Assembly: GCA_964016885.1 (NCBI GenBank)
Contig: OZ024744.1
Coordinates: 78,740,001 to 78,804,000 of the forward strand
Length of the DNA stretch: 64,000 nucleotides
Source of the DNA: Eledone cirrhosa
Taxonomy: Eukaryota
Direction of reading: 5' to 3'
Position 1 is the first letter of the stretch, and each line of letters begins with the position of its first letter. This document shows, piece after piece, positions 51,301 to 64,000 of the stretch. The translations under genes and the position numbers were made by a program. The notes under the pieces are model-generated. The model did no database searches. It was not told where the DNA came from and saw only the letters and a list, made by a program, of their open reading frames with translations.

Positions 51301-54300
51301 ACTGCTGTTGTGGTTGTTACTGCTGTTGTGGTTGTTACTGCTGTTGTGGTTGTTACTACTGTCATGGTTGTTACTACTGTTGTGGTTGTTACTGCTGTTG
51401 TGGTTGTTACTACTGTCATGGTTGTTACTGCTGTTGTGGTTGTTACTGTTGTCATGGTTGTTACTACTGTTGTGGTTGTTACTGCTGTTGTGGTTGTTAC
51501 TGCTGTCATGATTGTTACTGCTGTTGTGGTTGTTACTGTTGTCATGGTTGTTACTACTGTTGTGGTTGTTACTGCTGTTGTGGTTGTTACTGCTGTTGTG
51601 GTTGTTACTGCTGTTGTGGTTGTTACTGTTGTCATGGATGTTACTGCTGTTGTGGTTGTTACTGCTGTCATGGTTGTTACTACTGTTGTGGTTGTTACTG
51701 CTGTTGTTGTTGTTACTGCTGTTGTGGTTGTTACTGCTGTTGTGGTTGTTACTACTGTCATAGTTGTTACTACTGTCATGGTTGTTACTACTGTTGTGGT
51801 TGTTACTGCTGTTGTGGTTGTTACTGCTATTGTGGTTGTTACTGCTGTTGTGGTTGTTACTGCTGCCATGGTTGTTACTGCTGTTGTGATTTTTACTGCT
51901 ATTGTGGTTGTTACTGCTGTTGTGGTTGTTACTACTGTTGTGGTTGTTACTACTGTTGTGGTTGTTACTGCTATTGTGGTTGTTACTGCTGTTGTGGTTG
52001 TTACTACTGTTGTGGTTGTTACTACTGTTGTGGTTGTTACTGCGATTGTGGTTGTTACTGCTGTTGTGGTTGTTACTGCTGTCATGGTTGTTACTGCTGT
52101 TGTGGTTGTTACTGCTATTGTGGTTGTTACTGCTGTTGTGGTTGTTACTGCTGTCATGGTTGTTACTGCTGTTGTGGTTGTTACTGCTGTCATGGTTGTT
52201 ACTGCTGTCATGGTTGTTACTGCTGTTGTGGTTCTTACTGCTGTTGTGGTTGTTACTGCTGTTGTGGTTGTTACTGTTGTCATGGTTGTTACTGCTGTTG
52301 TGGTCGTTACTGTTGTCATGGTTGTTACTGCTGTTGTGGTTGTTACTGCTGTCATGGTTGTCACTGCTGTTGTGGTTGTTACTGCTGTCATGGTTGTTAC
52401 TACTGTTGTGGTTGTTACTGCTGTTGTGGTTGTTACTGCTGTTGTGGTTGTTACTGCTGTTGTGGTTGTTACTGCTGTTGTGGTTGTTACTGCTGTCATG
52501 GTTGTTACTGCTGTTGTGGTTGTTACTGCTGTTGTGGTTGTTACTGCTGTTGTGGTTGTTACTGCTGTCATGGTTGTTACTGCTATTGTGGTTGTTACTG
52601 ATGTTGTGGTTGTTACTGCTGTTGTGGTTGTTACTGCTGTCGTGGTTGTTACTACTGTTGTGGTTGTTACTGCTGTTGTGTTGTTACTGCTGTTGTGGTT
52701 GTTACTGCTGTTGTGGTTGTTACTACTGTCATAGTTGTTACTACTGTCATGGTTGTTACTACTGTTGTGGTTGTTACTGCTGTTGTGGTTGTTACTGCTG
52801 TCATGGTTGTTACTGCTGTCATAGTTGTTACTACTGTTGTGGTTGTTACTGCTGTCATGGTTGTTACTGCTGTCATGGTTGTTACTGCTGTCATGGTTGT
52901 TACTGCTGTTGTGGTTGTTAATGCTGTTGTGGTTGTTACTGCTGTCATGGTTGTTACTACTGTCATGGTTGTTACTACTGTTGTGGTTGTTACTGCTGTT
53001 GTGGTTGTTACTGCTGTTGTGGTTGTTACTGCTGTTGTGGTCGTTACTGCTGTTGTGGTTGTAACTGCTGTTGTGGTTGTTACTGTTGTCATGGTTGTTA
53101 CTGCTGTTGTGGTTGTTACTGCTGTTGTGGTTGTTACTGCTGTCATGGTTGTTACTACTGTTGTGGTTGTTACTGCTGTCATGGTTGTTACTGCTGTTGT
53201 GGTTGTTACTGCTGTTGTGGTTGTTACTGTTGTCATGGTTGTTACTGCTGTTGTGGTTGTTACTGCTGTCATGGTTGTTACTACTGTTGTGGTTGTTACT
53301 ACTGTTGTGGTTGTTACTGCTGTTGTGGTTGTTACTGCTGTCATGGTTGTTACTGCTGTTGTGGTTGTTACTGCTATTGTGGTTGTTACTACTGTTGTGG
53401 TTGTTACTGCTGTCATGGTTGGTACTGCTGTTGTGGTTGTTACTGCTGTTGTGGTTGTTACTGTTGTTGTGGTTGTTACTGCTGTTGTGGTTGTTACTAC
53501 TGTTGTGGTTGTTACTGCTATTGTGGTTGTTACTACTGTTGTGGTTGTTACTGCTGTTGTGGTTGTTACTGCTGTCATGGTTGTTACTGATGCCATGGTT
53601 GTTACTGCTGTCATGGTTGTTACTGCTGTTGTGGTTGTTACTACAGTTGTGGTTGTTACTGCTGTTGTGGTTGTTACTGTTGTCATGGTTGTTACTGCTG
53701 TTGTGGTTGTTACTGCTGTTGTGGTTGTTACTGTTGTCATGGTTGTTACTGCTGTTGTGGTTGTTACTGCTGTTGTGGTTGTTACTGCTGTTGTGGTTGT
53801 TACTGCTGTTGTGGTTGTTACTGCTGTTGTGGTTGTTACTGCTGTCACAGTTGTTACTGCTGTTGTGGTTGTTGCTGCTGTCATGGTTGTTACTGCTGTC
53901 ATGGTTGTTACTGCTGTTGTGGTTGTTACTGCTGTCATGGTTGTTACTGCTATTGTGGTTGTTACTGCTGTTGTGGTTGTTACTGCTGTCATGGTTGTTA
54001 CTGCTGTCATGGTTGTTACTGCTGTCATGGTTGTTACTACTGTTGTGGTTGTTACTGCTGTCATGGTTGTTACTGCTGTTGTGGTTGTTACTGCTGTTGT
54101 GGTTGTTACTGCTGTCATGGTTGTTACTGCTATTGTGGTTGTTACTGCTGTTGTGGTTGTTACTGCTGTCATGGTTGTTACTGCTGTTGTGGTTGTTACT
54201 GCTGTTGTGGTTGTTACTGCTGTTGTGGTTGTTACTGCTGTCATAGTTGTTACTACTGTTGTGGTTGTTACTGCTGTCATAGTTGTTACTACTGTTGTGG

Positions 54301-57300
54301 TTGTTAATGCTGTTGTGGTTGTTACTGCTGTTGTGGTTGTTACTGCTGTTGTGGTTGTTACTGCTGTTGTGGTTGTTACTGTTGTCATGGTTGTTACTGC
54401 TGTTGTGGTTGTTACTGCTGTCATAGTTATTACTGGTGTTGTGGCTGTTACTGCTGTCATGGTTGTTACTGCTGTTGTGGTTGTTACTGCTGTTGTGGTT
54501 GTTACTGCTGTCATGGTTGTTACTGCTGTTGTGGTTGTTACTGCTGTCATGGTTGTTACTACTGTTGTGGTTGTTACTGCTGTTGTGGTTGTTACTGCTG
54601 TTGTGGTTGTTACTGCTGTTGTGGTTGTTACTGCTGTCATGGTTGTTACTGCTGTTGTGGTTGTTACTGCTGTTGTGGTTGTTACTGCTGTTGTGGTTGT
54701 TACTGCTGTTGTGGTTGTTACTGTTGTTGTGGTTGTTACTACTGTCATGGTTGTTACTGCTGTCATGGTTGTTACTGCTGTTGTGGTTGTTACTGCTGTT
54801 GTGGTTGTTACTGCTGTTGTGCTTGTTACTGCTGTTGTGGTTGTTACTGTTGTCATGGTTGTTACTGCTGTTGTGGTTGTTACTGCTGTCATGGTTGGTA
54901 CTGCTGTTGTGGTTGTTACTGCTGTTGTGGTTGTTACTGTTGTTGTGGTTGTTACTGCTGTAGTGGTTGTTACTGTTGTCATGGTTGTTACTGCTGTTGT
55001 GGTTGTTACTGCTGTTGTGGTTGTTACTGCTGTTGTGCTTGTTACTGCTGTTGTGGTTGTTACTGCTGTTGTGGTTGTTACTGCTGTTGTGGTTGTTACT
55101 GCTGTCACAGTTGTTACTGCTGTTGTGGTTGTTGCTGCTGTCATGGTTGTTACTGCTGTCATGGTTGTTACTGCTGTTGTGGTTGTTACTGCTGTCATGG
55201 TTGTTACTGCTATTGTGGTTGTTACTGCTGTTGTGGTTGTTACTGCTGTCATGGTTGTTACTGCTGTCATGGTTGTTACTGCTGTCATGGTTGTTACTAC
55301 TGTTGTGGTTGTTACTGCTGTCATGGTTGTTACTGCTGTTGTGGTTGTTACTGCTGTTGTGGTTGTTACTGCTGTCATGGTTGTTACTGCTATTGTGGTT
55401 GTTACTGCTGTTGTGGTTGTTACTGCTGTCATGGTTGTTACTGCTGTTGTGGTTGTTACTGCTGTTGTGGTTGTTACTGCTGTTGTGGTTGTTACTGCTG
55501 TTGTGGTTGTTACTGCTGTCATAGTTATTACTGGTGTTGTGGTTGTTACTGCTATCATGGTTGTTACTACTGTCATGGTTGTTACTACTGTTGTGGTTGT
55601 TACTGCTGTTGTGGTTGTTACTGCTGTTGTGGTTGTTACTGCTGTTGTGGTTGTTACTGCTGTCATGGTTGTTACTGCTGTCATGGTTGTTACTGCTGTC
55701 ATGGTTGTTACTGTTGTCATGGTTGTTACTGCTGTTGTGGTTGTTATTGCTGTTGTGGTTGTTACTGCTGTTGTGGTTGTTATTGCTGTTGTGGTTGTTA
55801 CTGCTGTTGTGGTTGTTACTGCTGTCACAGTTGTTACTGCTGTTGTGGTTGTTACTGCTGTCATGGTTGTTACAGCTGTCATGGTTGTTACTGCTGTTGT
55901 GGTTGTTACTGATGTCATGGTTGTTACTGCTATTGTGGTTGTTACTGCTGTTGTGGTTGTTACTGCTGTTGTGGTTGTTACTGCTGTCATGGTTGTTACT
56001 GCTGTTGTGGTTGTTACTGCTGTTGTGGTTGTTACTGCTGTCATGGTTGTTACTGCTGTCATGGTTGTTACTGATGTCATGGTTGTTACTACTGTTGTGG
56101 TTGTTACTGCTGTCATGGTTGTTACTGCTGTTGTGGTTGTTACTGCTGTTGTGGTTGTTACTGCTGTTGTGGTTGTTACTACTGTTGTGGTTGTTACTGC
56201 TGTTGTGGTTGTTACTGCTGTTGTGGTTGTTACTGCTGTTGTGGTTGCTACTGCTGTTGTGGTTGTTACTGCTGTTGTGGTTGTTACTACTGTTGTGGTT
56301 GTTACTACTGTTGTGGTTGTTACTGCTGACATGGTTGTTACTGCTGTCATGGTTGTTACTAATGTTGTGGTTGTTACTGCTGTTGTGGTTGTTACTGTTG
56401 TCATGGTTGTTACTGCTGTTGTGGTTGTTACTGCTGTCATGGTTGTTACTGCTGTCATGGTTGTTACTGCTATTGTGGTTGTTACTGCTGTTGTGGTTGT
56501 TACTGCTGTTGTGGTTGTTACTGCTGTCATGGTTGTTACTGCTGTCATGGTTGTTACTACTGTTGTGGTTGTTACTGCTGTTGTGGTTGTTACTGCTGTT
56601 GTGGTTGTTACTGCTGTTGTGGTTGTTACTGCTGTTGTGGTTGTTACTGCTGTTGTGGTTGTTACTACTGTTGTGGTTGTTAATGCTGTTGTGGTTGTTA
56701 CTGCTGTCATGGTTGTTACTACTGTCATGGTTGTTACTACTGTTGTGGTTGTTACTGCTGTCATGGTTGTTACTGCTGTTGTGGTTGTTACTACTGTCAT
56801 GGTTGTTACTACAGTTGTGGTTGTTAATGCTGTTGTGGTTGTTACTACTGTTGTGGTTGTTACTGCTGTCATGGTTGTTACTACTGTTGTGGTTGTTACT
56901 GCTGTTGTGGTTGTTACTGCTGTCATGGTTGTTGCTGCTGTTGTGGTTGTTACTGCTGTTGTGGTTGTTACTGCTGTTGTGGTTGTTACTGCTGTTGTGG
57001 TTGTTACTGCTGTTGTGGTTGTTACTGCTGTTGTGGTTGTTACTACTGTCATGGTTGTTACTACTGTTGTGGTTGTTACTGCTGTTGTGGTTGTTACTGC
57101 TGTTGTAGTTGTTACTGCTGTTGTGGTTGTTACTGCTGTTGTGGTTGTTACTGCTGTTGTGGTTGTTACTACTGTCATGGTTGTTACTACTGTTGTGGTT
57201 GTTACTGCTGTTGTGGTTGTTACTGCTGTCATGGTTGTTACTACTGTTGTGGTTGTTACTGCTGTTGTGGTTGTTACTGCTGTTGTGGTTGTTACTGTTG

Positions 57301-60300
57301 TCATGGTTGTTACTGTTGTCATGGTTGTTACTGCTGTCATGGTTGTTACTACTGTTGTGGTTGTTACTGCTGTCATGGTTGTTACTACTGTTGTGGTTGT
57401 TACTGCTGTTGTGGTTGTTACTGTTGTTTTGGTTGTTACTGCTGTTGTGGTTGTTACTGCTGTTGTGGTTGTTACTGCTGTTGTGGTTGATACTGCTGTT
57501 GTGGTTGTTACTACTGTTGTGGTTGTTACTACTGTCATGGTTGTTACTGCTGTCATGGTTGTTACTGCTGTTGTGGTTGTTACTACTGTCATGGTTGTTA
57601 CTACTGTTGTGGTTGTTACTACTGTCATGGTTGTTACTACTGTCATGGTTGTTACTGCTGTTGTGGTTGTTACTACTGTCATGGTTGTTACTACTGTTGT
57701 GGTTGTTACTGCTGTCATGGTTGTTACTGCTGTTGTGGTTGTTACTGCTGTTGTGGTTGTTACTACTGTCATGGTTGTTACTACTGTTGTGGTTGTTACT
57801 ACTGTCATGGTTGTTACTGCTGTCATGGTTGTTACTGCTGTTGTGGTTGTTACTGCTGTTGTGGTTGTTACTACTGTCATGGTTGTTACTGCTGTTGTGG
57901 TTGTTACTGCTGTTGTGGTTGTTACTACTGTCATGGTTGTTACTACTGTTGTGGTTGTTACTACTGTCATGGTTGTTACTGCTGTCATGGTTGTTACTGC
58001 TGTCATGGTTGTTACTGCTGTTGTGGTTGTTACTGCTGTTGTGGTTGTTACTGCTGTTGTGGTTGTTACTGCTGTTGTGGTTGTTACTGCTGTTGTGGTT
58101 GTTACTACTGTCATGGTTGTTACTACTGTTGTGGTTGTTACTGCTGTTGTGGTTGTTACTACTGTCATGGTTGTTACTGCTGTTGTGGTTGTTACTGTTG
58201 TCATGGTTGTTACTACTGTTGTGGTTGTTACTGCTGTTGTGGTTGTTACTGCTGTCATGGTTGTTACTGCTGTTGTGGTTGTTACTGTTGTCATGGTTGT
58301 TACTACTGTTGTGGTTGTTACTGCTGTTGTGGTTGTTACTGCTGTTGTGGTTGTTACTGCTGTTGTGGTTGTTACTGTTGTCATGGTTGTTACTGCTGTT
58401 GTGGTTGTTACTGCTGTCATGGTTGTTACTACTGTTGTGGTTGTTACTGCTGTTGTTGTTGTTACTGCTGTTGTGGTTGTTACTGCTGTTGTGGTTGTTA
58501 CTACTGTCATAGTTGTTACTACTGTCATGGTTGTTACTACTGTTGTGGTTGTTACTGCTGTTGTGGTTGTTACTGCTATTGTGGTTGTTACTGCTGTTGT
58601 GGTTGTTACTGCTGCCATGGTTGTTACTGCTGTTGTGATTTTTACGGCTATTGTGGTTGTTACTGCTGTTGTGGTTGTTACTACTGTTGTGGTTGTTACT
58701 ACTGTTGTGGTTGTTACTGCTGTTGTGGTTGTTACTGCTGTTGTGGTTGTTACTGCTGTTGTGGTTGTTACTGCTGTCATGGTTGTTACTGCTATTGTGG
58801 TTGTTACTGATGTTGTGGTTGTTACTGCTGTTGTGGTTGTTACTGCTGTCGTGGTTGTTACTACTGTTGTGGTTGTTACTGCTGTTGTTGTTGTTACTGC
58901 TGTTGTGGTTGTTACTGCTGTTGTGGTTGTTACTACTGTCATAGTTGTTACTACTGTCATGGTTGTTACTACTGTTGTGGTTGTTACTGCTGTTGTGGTT
59001 GTTACTGCTGTCATGGTTGTTACTGCTGTCATAGTTGTTACTACTGTTGTGGTTGTTACTGCTGTCATGGTTGTTACTGCTGTCATGGTTGTTACTGCTG
59101 TCATGGTTGTTACTACTGTTGTGGTTGTTACTGCTGTCATGGTTGTTACTACTGTCATGGTTGTTACTACTGTTGTGGTTGTTACTGCTGTTGTGGTTGT
59201 TACTGCTGTTGTGGTTGTTACTGCTGTTGTGGTCGTTAATGCTGTTGTGGTTGTTACTGCTGTTGTGGTTGTTACTGTTGACATGGTTGTTACTGCTGTT
59301 GTGGTTGTTACTGCTGTCATGGTTGTTACTACTGTTGTGGTTGTTACTGCTGTCATGGTTGTTACTGCTGTTGTGGTTGTTACTGCTGTTGTGGTTGTTA
59401 CTGTTGTCATGGTTGTTACTGCTGTTGTGGTTGTTACTGCTGTCATGGTTGTTACTACTGTTGTGGTTGTTACTACTGTTGTGGTTGTTACTGCTGTTGT
59501 GGTTGTTACTGCTGTCATGGTTGTTACTGCTGTTGTGGTTGTTACTGCTATTGTGGTTGTTACTACTGTTGTGGTTGTTACTGCTGTCATGGTTGGTACT
59601 GCTGTTGTGGTTCTTACTGCTGTTGTGGTTGTTACTGTTGTTGTGGTTGTTACTGCTGTTGTGGTTGTTACTACTGTTGTGGTTGTTACTGCTATTGTGG
59701 TTGTTACTGCTGTTGTAGTTGTTACTGCTGTTGTGGTTGTTACTGCTGTTGTGGTTGTTACTGCTGTCATGGTTGTTACTGATGCCATGGTTGTTACTGC
59801 TGTCATGGTTGTTACTGCTGTTGTGGTTGTTACTACTGTTGTGGTTGTTACTGCTGTTGTGGTTGTTACTGTTGTCATGGTTGTTACTGCTGTTGTGGTT
59901 GTTACTGCTGTTGTGGTTGTTACTGTTGTCATGGTTGTTACTGCTGTTGTGGTTGTTACTGCTGTTGTGGTTGTTACTGCTGTTGTGGTTGTTACTGCTG
60001 TTGTGGTTGTTACTGCTGTTGTGGTTGTTACTGCTGTCACAGTTGTTACTGCTGTTGTGGTTGTTGCTGCTGTCATGGTTGTTACTGCTGTCATGGTTGT
60101 TACTGCTGTTGTGGTTGTTACTGCTGTCATGGTTGTTACTGCTATTGTGGTTGTTACTGCTGTTGTGGTTGTTACTGCTGTCATGGTTGTTACTGCTGTC
60201 ATGGTTGTTACTGCTGTCATGGTTGTTACTACTGTTGTGGTTGTTACTGCTGTCATGGTTGTTACTGCTGTTGTGGTTGTTACTGCTGTTGTGGTTGTTA

Positions 60301-63300
60301 CTGCTGTCATGGTTGTTACTGCTATTGTGGTTGTTACTGCTGTTGTGGTTGTTACTGCTGTCATGGTTGTTACTGCTGTTGTGGTTGTTACTGCTGTTGT
60401 GGTTGTTACTGCTGTTGTGGTTGTTACTGCTGTCATAGTTGTTACTACTGTTGTGGTTGTTACTGCTGTCATAGTTGTTACTACTGTTGTGGTTGTTAAT
60501 GCTGTTGTGGTTGTTACTGCTGTTGTGGTTGTTACTGCTGTTGTGGTTGTTACTGCTGTTGTGGTTGTTACTGTTGTCATGGTTGTTACTGCTGTTGTGG
60601 TTGTTACTGCTGTCATAGTTATTACTGGTGTTGTGGTTGTTACTGCTGTCATGGTTGTTACTACTGTCATGGTTGTTACTACTGTTGTGGTTGTTACTGC
60701 TGTTGTGGTTGTTACTGCTGTTGTGGTTGTTACTGCTGTTGTGGTTGTTACTGCTGTCATGGTTGTTACTGCTGTTGTGGTTGTTACTGCTGTTGTGGTT
60801 GTTACTGCTGTTGTGGTTGTTACTGCTGTTGTGGTTGTTACTGTTGTTGTGGTTGTTACTACTGTCATGGTTGTTACTGCTGTCATGGTTGTTACTGCTG
60901 TTGTGGTTGTTACTGCTGTTGTGGTTGTTACTGCTGTTGTCGTTGTTACTACTGTCATGGTTGTTACTGCTGTTGTGGTTGTTACTGCTGTCATGGTTGT
61001 TACTGCTGTCATGGTTGTTACTGCTGTCATGGTTGTTACTGCTGTCATGGTTGATACTGCTGTTGTGGTTGTTACTGCTGTTGTGGTTGTTATTGCTGTT
61101 GTGGTTGTTACTGCTGTCATCGTTGTTACTGCTGTCATGGTTGTTACTGCTGTTGTGGTTGTTACTGCTGTCATGGTTATTACTACTGTTGTGGTTGTTA
61201 CTACTGTTGTGGTTGTTATTGCTGTCATGGTTGTTACTGCTGTCATGGTTGTTACTGCTGTTGTGGTTGTTACTGCTGTCATGGTTGTTACTACTGTTGT
61301 GGTTGTTACTGCTGTTGTGGTTGTTACTGCTGTCATGGTTGTTACTGCTGTCATGGTTGTTACTGCTGTTGTGGTTGTTACTGCTGTTATGGTTGTTACT
61401 ACTGTTGTGGTTGTTACTGCTGTTGTGGTTGTTACTACTGTCATGGATGTTACTGCTGTCATGGTTATTACTGCTGTTGTGGTTGTTACTGCTGTCATGG
61501 TTGTTACTACTGTTGTGGTTGTTACTGCTGTTGTGGTTGTTACTGCTGTCATGGTTGTTACTGCTGTCATGGTTGTTACTGCTGTTGTGGTTGTTACTGC
61601 TGTTGTGGTTGTTACTGCTGTTGTGGTTGTTACTGCTGTTGTGGTTGTTACTGCTGTCATGGTTGTTACTGCTGTTGTGGTTGTTACTGGTGTTGTGGTT
61701 GTTACTGCTGTGTGGTTGTTACTGCTGTCATGGTTGTTACTGCTGTTGTGGTTGTTACTGCTGTCATGGTTGTTACTACTGTCATGGTTGTTACTGCTGT
61801 CATGGTTGTTACTGCTGTTGTGGTTGTTACTGCTGTTGTGGTTGTTACTGCTGTCATGGTTGTTACTGCTGTTGTGGTTGTTACTGCTGTTGTGGTTGTT
61901 ACTGCTGTCATGGTCGTTACTGCTGTTGTGGTTGTTACTGCTGTTGTGGTTGTTACTACTGTTGTGGTTGTTACTGCTGTCATGGTTGTTACTACTGTCA
62001 TGGTTGTTACTGCTGTTGTGGTTGTTACTGCTGTTGTGGTTGTTACTGCTGTCATGGTTGTTACTGCTGTTGTGGTTGTTACTACTGTTGTGGTTGTTAC
62101 TACTGTTGTGGTTGTTACTACTGTTGTGGTTTTTACTGCTGTCATGGTTGTTACTGCTGTTGTGGTTGTTACTGCTGTTGTGGTTGTTACTACTGTTGTG
62201 GTTGTTACTGCTGTCATGGTTGTTACTACTGTCATGGTTGTTACTGCTGTTGTGGTTGTTACTGCTGTTGTGGTTGTTACTGCTGTCATGGTTGTTACTG
62301 CTGTTGTGGTTGTTACTACTGTTGTGGTTGTTACTACTGTTGTGGTTGTTACTACTGTTGTGGTTTTTACTGCTGTCATGGTTGTTACTGCTGTTGTGGT
62401 TGTTACTACTGTTGTGGTTGTTACTACTGTCATGGTTGTTACTGCTGTTGTGGTTGTTACTACTGTCATGGTTGTTACTACTGTTGTGGTTGTTACTACT
62501 GTCATGGTTGTTACTGCTGTTGTGGTTGTTACTACTGTTGTGGTTGTTACTGCTGTTGTGGTTGTTACTGCTGTCATGGTTATTACTGGTGTTGTGGTTG
62601 TTACTGCTGTCATGGTTGTTACTGCTGTCATGGTTGTTACTGCTGTCATGGTTGTTACTACTGTTGTGGTTGTTACTGCTGTTGTGGTTGTTACTGCTGT
62701 TGTGGTTGTTACTGCTGTTGTGGTTGTTACTGCTGTTGTGGTTGTTACTGCTGTTGTTGTTGTTACTGCTGTCATGGTTGTTGCTACTGTCATGGTTGTT
62801 ACTGCTGTCATGGTTGTTACTGCTGTTGTGGTTGTTACTGCTGTTGTGGTTGTTACTGCTGTTGTGGTTGTTACTGCTGTTGTGGTTGTTACTGCTGTTG
62901 TGGTTGTTACTGCTGTTGTGGTTGTTACTGCTGTTGTGGTTGTTACTGCTGTTGTGGTTGTTACTGCTGTCATGGTTGTTACTACTGTCATGGTTGTTAC
63001 TGCTGTCATGGTTGTTACTGCTGTTGTGGTTGTTACTGCTGTCATGGTTGTTACTACTGTTGTGGTTGTTACTGCTGTTGTGGTTGTTACTGCTGTTGTG
63101 GTTGTTACTACTGTCATGGTTGTTACTGCTGTCATGGTTGTTACTACTGTTGTGGTTGTTACTGCTGTCATGGTTGTTACTGCTGTTGTGGTTGTTACTG
63201 CTGTCATGGTTGTTACTGCTGTTGTGGTTGTTACTGCTGTCATGGTTGTTACTACTGTCATGGTTGTTACTACTGTCATGGTTGTTACTGCTGTCATGGT

Positions 63301-64000
63301 TGTTACTGCTGTTGTGGTTGTTACTGCTGTCATGGTTGTTACTACTGTCATGGTTGTTACTACTGTCATGGTTGTTACTGCTGTTGTGGTTGTTACTGCT
63401 GTTGTGGTTGTTACTACTGTTGTGGTTGTTACTACTGTCATGGTTGTTACTGCTGTTGTGGTTGTTACTACTGTCATGGTTGTTACTGCTGTCATGGTTT
63501 TTACTACTGTTGTGGTTGTTACTGCTGTCATGGTTGTTACTGCTGTCATGGTTGTAACTGCTGTCATGGTTGTTACTGCTGTTGTGGTTGTTACTGCTGT
63601 TGTGGTTGTTACTGCTGTTGTGGTTGTTACTGCTGTCATGGTTGTTACTGCTGTCATAGTTGTTACTACTGTTGTGGTTGTTACTGCTGTTGTGGTTGTT
63701 ACTGCTGTTGTGGATGTTACTGCTGTTGTGGTTGTTACTAATGTTGTGGTTCTTACTGCTGTCATGGTTGTTACTGCTGTTGTGGTTGTTACTACTGTTG
63801 TGGTTGTTACTGCTGTCATGATTGTTACTGCTGTTGTGGTTGTTACTACTGTTGTGGTTGTTACTACTGTCATGATTGTTACTGCTGTTGTGGTTGTTAC
63901 TGCTGTCATGGTTGTTACTGCTGTTGTGGTTGTTACTACTGTTGTGGTTTTTACTGCTGTCATGGTTGTTACTGCTGTTGTGGTTGTTACTACTGTTGTG
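33322..64000 (-). CDS. Possible mucin-like Thr-rich (TTTTAV/TTMTAV)n coding exon, unproven
   Basis: The minus Thr frame is stop-free apart from three frameshifts and ends VTKTK-TGA just past the array. No unique domain or signal peptide is visible, and the unit's codons cannot reach a stop by one substitution. Confidence 0.2.
33335..64000. repeat. Giant 18-bp tandem array (GTTGTTACTGCTGT[TG/CA]TG)n, over 30.6 kb, about 1,700 units
   Basis: Seen directly. Variants ACT/GCT/GTT and GTTGTG/GTCATG; 1-bp deletions near 35874, 52681 and 61711; continues past the window end. Confidence 0.99.

Noticed and set aside
33326-63741. Multi-thousand-aa Val-rich and Leu/Trp-rich ORFs on the plus strand
   Set aside because: These are translation by-products of the 18-bp unit with implausibly hydrophobic composition, and the Leu frame is repeatedly broken by TAG.
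33335-64000. Telomeric repeat array
   Set aside because: G/T strand skew is present, but the unit is not TTAGGG-like and has complex variant structure. A subtelomeric location cannot be judged from this window.

Overview
AT-rich, repeat-dense eukaryotic DNA. The SINE/LINE repertoire (tRNA-headed Nin/Deu- and CORE/Meta-type SINEs, RTE elements with (ATC)n tails) suggests a cephalopod, probably octopus-like; this is an inference. Bases 1-33.3 kb are a mosaic of decayed mobile elements: RTE, CR1 and CRE LINEs, Penelope-like (PLE) remnants carrying several hammerhead ribozymes (often as head-to-head palindromes in (TA)n tracts), Helitrons (one containing a spliced 3-exon mini-gene), a hAT transposase relic, MITEs and minisatellites. 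There is also a possible spliced host gene fragment at about 7.2-7.6 kb. Bases 33.3-64 kb are one 18-bp tandem array (about 1,700 units, running off the window end). It has two dominant variants (GTTGTG/GTCATG), nested higher-order duplications of 2,790, 5,004 and 6,192 bp, and only three 1-bp slips that I could see. Its huge ORFs (Thr-rich mucin-like, Val-rich, Cys-rich) are not by themselves evidence of coding.
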